A stretch of DNA of 64,000 bases from Mobula birostris (Eukaryota): the NCBI RefSeq assembly GCF_030028105.1, contig NC_092383.1:90663921-90727920 (forward strand). Direction: 5' to 3'. Position 1 is the stretch's first letter; each line of letters opens with the position of its first letter. The position numbers and the translations under genes were made by a program. The notes under the pieces were generated by a model, which made no database searches, had not been told where the DNA came from, and worked only from the letters and a program-made list of their open reading frames with translations. This document shows positions 59,613-64,000 of this stretch, piece after piece.

Positions 59613-62229
59613 CATCTGGATTTGAAGTGATTTTAATCTCGCCAACTAGCCTGGATTTCTACTTGATGTGGAGATACTTATTGTCTTGTTATTAATTAAC
59701 AAGTTTTTATATTGACTTAATCCTTGTGAAACTCAAGAACCAACTTTATTCACCATATACGTTAACATATTAATTGAATTCTACTTACTTGGGAGACATT
59801 GGGATTAGTACAGTTTGGCCCAGTTAAGCGGCCGCCCCAAATAGCCAAAGGTTCATGGAAATAGTTAAGGTATAAAAAGAAAGACAAACAACCGTTTAAC
59901 TGAGCAACATATTATGACTCTCACCTGGAGGTTCGCTGTGTGAACAATGACTTGTATTTCCCAGTTAACAGATTCTGTGTGGCTCCAGTTTCGTCAGGCG
60001 CAATGTGTCACATCATCACAGAGTACGTCAAGGGTAGACCAAGTTTAAAAATACTTTAAAGGTCAAAGTAAATTTATTATCTAAGTACATATATGTCACC
60101 ATATATAACCCTGAGATGTGTTTTCTTGTGGGCTTACTCAGTAAATGTACAGAATAATAACCATAACAGACCATCCAACTTGGGCATTCAACCAGAGTGC
60201 AGAAGACAACAAACTGTGCAAATACAAAAAGAAAGGAAGAATAATAATAAATAAACAAGCAATAAATTTCAAGAATATGAGATGAAGAGTCTTTAAGAGT
60301 GAGTCTGTTAGTTGTGAGAACATTTTAATGATGGGGCAAGTGAAGTTATCCCCTTTCGCTCAAGAGCTTGATGGCTGAGGTGTGGTAACTGCTTTGGAAC
60401 CTGGGAGCATGGCCTGGGTGCTGAGTGACCCTGATGATGAATGCTGATTCCCTGCGACAGCATTTCATGTAGATGTGCTCAATGGTGCAGAGGGCTTTAT
60501 CCACTTTTTTTTTGTAGGGTTTTCCATTCAAGGGCATTGGTGTTTCCATACCAGGCTGTGATGCAGCCAGTCAATATACTCTCCAATGCAGAATGAAGTG
60601 TCGCAGCTACAGAGAAAGTGAAGTGCAGGTAAACAATAAGGTGCAAAATTATGAACGCAAGAGATTCTGCAGATGCTGGAAACCAGGGTAACGCGTACAA
60701 AACGCTGGAGGAACTCAGCAGGTCAGGCGGCATCTAGGGAGAGGAATAAACAGGCGACGTTTTGGGCCGCGATGCTCCATTGGACATTCCTGCAATGTTT
60801 TGTGTGTGTTACAGTTCAAGTTCATAACGAAGTAGAGTGAGGTCGAGTCCACCCTTTCATACAAAAGGTCTGTATGAGCAGGATAAAAAAAATGTTCAGC
60901 TTATAAAATAGCAGAAGAGGTTCTTTAGCAGAACATCTTGATTTCAATACTCATTATTTATTTGAGATACAGCACAGAGTAGACTCTTTGAGCTTTACCA
61001 CCCAGCAAACCTGATTTAACCCTGGCCTAATTACGGGACAACTTGCAATGAACAATTAGCCTAATAACCAGTCAGTCCTAAGCCGGGGCACCCAGAGGAA
61101 ACCCACGCGGTCACAGGGAGGAAGTACAAACTCCTTGCAGACAGTGGCGGGAACACAGATGAAGACAATATAACGAGATTGGGTCAGGCAGGAATTGGAA
61201 TCAGGTTTAACATCACGGACGTGCGTCGTGAAGGGTGTTGTTTTTGCGGCAGCGGTACAATGCCCGTGAATCACACTAAGTATATACAGTTATGTTAAAA
61301 TAGATAAATATTACAAAAAGAGAAGGGAATAAAGGTGAGCTAGTGTCCATGGATTCAATGTTGTATCGTTGAGTGTGTGTCTTCAGGTTCCTGTACCTCC
61401 TCCATGAGGAGAGGGCGTGTGCCGGGTGACGGGGGTCCTGAATGATGGATGCCGCCCTTTTGAGGCATCACTCCTTGACGATGTCCCAGATCCTGGGGAG
61501 GCTGGTGCCCATGATGGAGCTGACAGTTTACTGCAGCTTCTTTCATCCTGTGCAGTGTCTCTCTCCCCCACTATACCAGATGGTGATGCAGCCAGTCAGA
61601 ATGTTCTCCAGGGTACTGTACATCTGCAGAAACTCGTGAGTATCAAATCTCAACCTCCTAATGAAATATCCGGAGGTTGCAAAATGTTTGTCATGGAACT
61701 TGTGCAGATATTAAATTAAAATTCCCCTGAGCGCGTTTGTATTTTGCATTTCTTCAGCATCACAAGTTATATTCATCTTGGCTGACTTGGTTAGTCTTTC
61801 CCTTCAATATTTTCCATTGAGCACTGAGTGAATGACGTTCGTGCGTAGTTATAAAGCAGAACAGCAGATGGCATCTCTACCCTGCTTTACTAACGTCAGG
61901 TTCCGGGGCAAGACACTGCTTGAAGTTAGAAATTATGATTATAGAAAAGTTTGGGTCGGTGATAGCGCTTGTATGTGTTAACAAAGGCGTTCAATAACTT
62001 TTCTTACAAAATCTTCAATGCATACAATAGCTCGCGATGTGACTTTGAACTAAGTATCATTTCTAGCTTGCAACAATGAATAAAAATGAACATAATTATC
62101 TCTATTTCACCAAGAAAAGGGGATCACCAGATGAGGGGCTGAGGAGTTGGACACGACGCTGAAGTCTTCGCTGCAAAACACGGTGAACACAAATTTTCCA
62201 CAGTTTGGAAATGTAAGTAAGTATAATCT

Positions 62230-62580
62230 TAAGCAACGCCGCAGCGCAATGGTTTCTGGCGAGTGTGCCGCAAGTTGCAAGGGGGCCGGTATACAAATAT
62301 TATGGCACCGTTCTCTAATCGTGCAAACCCTTTGAGAGTGTGATTGACACTCGCTTTGCAAACTTCGCCTGCTACTGCGCAGGTGCGAGCGCTGTTGCCG
62401 GGCAGATTTGTGTCCTGACGGTGACCCAGCCGGGCCGGCGCACGCGCACTAGCTCCCGAGTGTCGCCGCGCGGCTCCCCTCCCCGTCCTGGGACGCCACG
62501 CCGGCCGGGGTGCCGGGCTGGGATGGTGGGGTCTCCTCGTCACCCTCCGCTCTATTCCCCCCACCCCACACACACACCTC
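62230..62580. promoter_or_regulatory. orphan CpG island (possible promoter or first exon of an unidentified transcript)
   Basis: Dense CpG, non-repetitive sequence (e.g. ccgggccggcgcacgcgc, tcgccgcgcggc) in an otherwise CpG-depleted region, with NRF1-like TGCGCAGGTGCG near 62376. No convincing ORF. Confidence 0.55.
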
Positions 62581-62639
62581 CCAACACAAATGCAGCAAGC
62601 TTTTATCGTAGCTGTCAATAAAATTAACTTGCAGTAAAA

Positions 62640-63270
62640 ATAATCAGAATTGGGTTTAATATCACTGGCGTATACCGTGAAATGTTTTGCGGGAGCAGTA
62701 CATTCCAATACATGATATTAAACTATGAGTTACAAATTATATATATATATGGCAGTTCAATAAAAGTAGTCTTCATGGATTTATTGTCCATTCAGAAATC
62801 TGATGGTAGCTGTTCCTAAAATAGGTAAGTGTGTGCCGTCGGGCTTCTGTATCTCCTCCCCGGTGGTAGCAATGAGAAGAGGGCATGTCCTGGGTGACAG
62901 ATGCTGCCTTTTTGAGGCATCACCTTTCGAAAATGCCCTTGTTGCTGGGGGGAAGCTGGAGCCTGTGACCGAGCCGGCTGAGTTTGCAACTTTCTGCAAT
63001 GTCTTCCGATCCCGTGCGGTGCCCCCCTCCCCGCCCCCCGCACCAGACGGTGATGCAACCAGTCAGAACGCTCTCCACAGTACATCTGTAAGAAACTTGT
63101 GAGAGTCTTTGGTGACATGCCAAATCTCCTCAAACTCCTAATGAACTTTAGCCGCAGTTGTGCCTTCTGTATAGCTGCATCAATATGTTGGGCCCAGGAT
63201 AGATCTTCAGAGATGTCGACACCCAGGAACTTGAAACTGCTCACCCTTTGCACTACTGATCTCTCAGCAC
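62640..63270 (-). mobile_element. Rex1/Babar 3' fragment
   Basis: ORF 62816-63274: VSSFKFLGVDISEDLSWAQHIDAAIQKAQLRLKFIRSLRRFGMSPKTL...HPGHALFSLLPPGRRYRS. Confidence 0.85.
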
Positions 63271-64000
63271 TCACTTATTACTCAATAAGCAGTGCACTCG
63301 AATGGGCACGAGGTGCAAAACAGAAGACAGGAAATCCAAACCGAAAACTGGGGATAAACTGTTATCCAGAGAGGTTAGAATTAACAGGTCCAGCCACTCG
63401 GACTCTGCAGCTCACGAAGCATGGGGCATGAGGCTAGCCGATTTTTACAGGTGTTCCAAAACAAGTGTCCGATCTGGATGCATCAACATTTGGCAAAGCA
63501 GCTGCTCTTGCCCCTGACGGCAAGAATTCGCTTTACTGCCTGGTTTGGAACAGGAGCAGGATGGGAAAAGCCCGCAGAGGGCCGTAGGCTCAGACAGCGT
63601 CATCACAGGTAGGGCTAACCCCAACATCAAGGACACACATGACCAACAGCACAAACCATCTTCTCATTACCAGGGAGGAGCTACCGGAGTGTAAAGCCAC
63701 ACACTCAACATTTTAGGAACTGCTTCTTCCCCTCTGCCATCAGATTTCTGAATGGTCCATGAACCTATTTACTTCAGGTTTCCACAAGACCCTAAGATTT
63801 CGGAGCAGAATTAAGCCCTCTGGCCCATCGAGTCTGCTCTGCCAGTTCATCACGGCTGATCCAATTTTTCTCTCAGCCCCAATCTCCTGCCTTCTCCCTG
63901 TATCCCTTCATGCTCTGGCCAATTTCCATTAGCAGCATCTTATGCCATTACGAGCTATCTGCTCTCCAGCCGCTGATCGCTGGCATCTGCATAACTTGCC

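Noticed and set aside
59700-64000. ccnd3 exons expected from human synteny
   Set aside because: No cyclin D-like peptide is recognisable in any frame I examined.

Overview
This is vertebrate genomic DNA, not prokaryotic. The repeat content (HE1/V-SINEs, HER1/CR1, Rex1/Babar, Penelope termini) points to a cartilaginous fish, probably a ray; that taxon is inferred from remembered repeat families. Two complete spliced genes can be assembled by hand from GT-AG boundaries: med20 (minus strand, 4 coding exons, 30636-43933, 211 aa) and bysl/bystin (plus strand, 7 coding exons, 47243-59568, 440 aa), arranged head-to-head. A third minus-strand transcription unit appears to start at a CpG island near 16.1 kb, with candidate non-coding, uORF-rich exons. 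By human synteny (USP49-MED20-BYSL-CCND3) this is probably the usp49 5' UTR, but no coding sequence is present to confirm it. Most of the rest is nested transposon debris: Rex1, CR1, L2, RTE, Penelope, Tigger/pogo, Tc1, hAT MITEs and a Chapaev3 fossil. Nearly all ORFs in the supplied track are repeat fragments or noise. The most interesting signal is a family of dispersed Penelope-derived termini carrying minimal hammerhead-ribozyme cores, one with an intact core lying sense in med20 intron 2. Other points of interest: the med20/bysl divergent promoter is split by a Penelope/Rex1 insertion, the med20 side has a three-copy CTCF-like tandem repeat, an RTE-type SINE head may hold an HDV-like ribozyme, and there is an orphan CpG island at 62.3 kb. 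All family assignments come from motif recognition without database searches.
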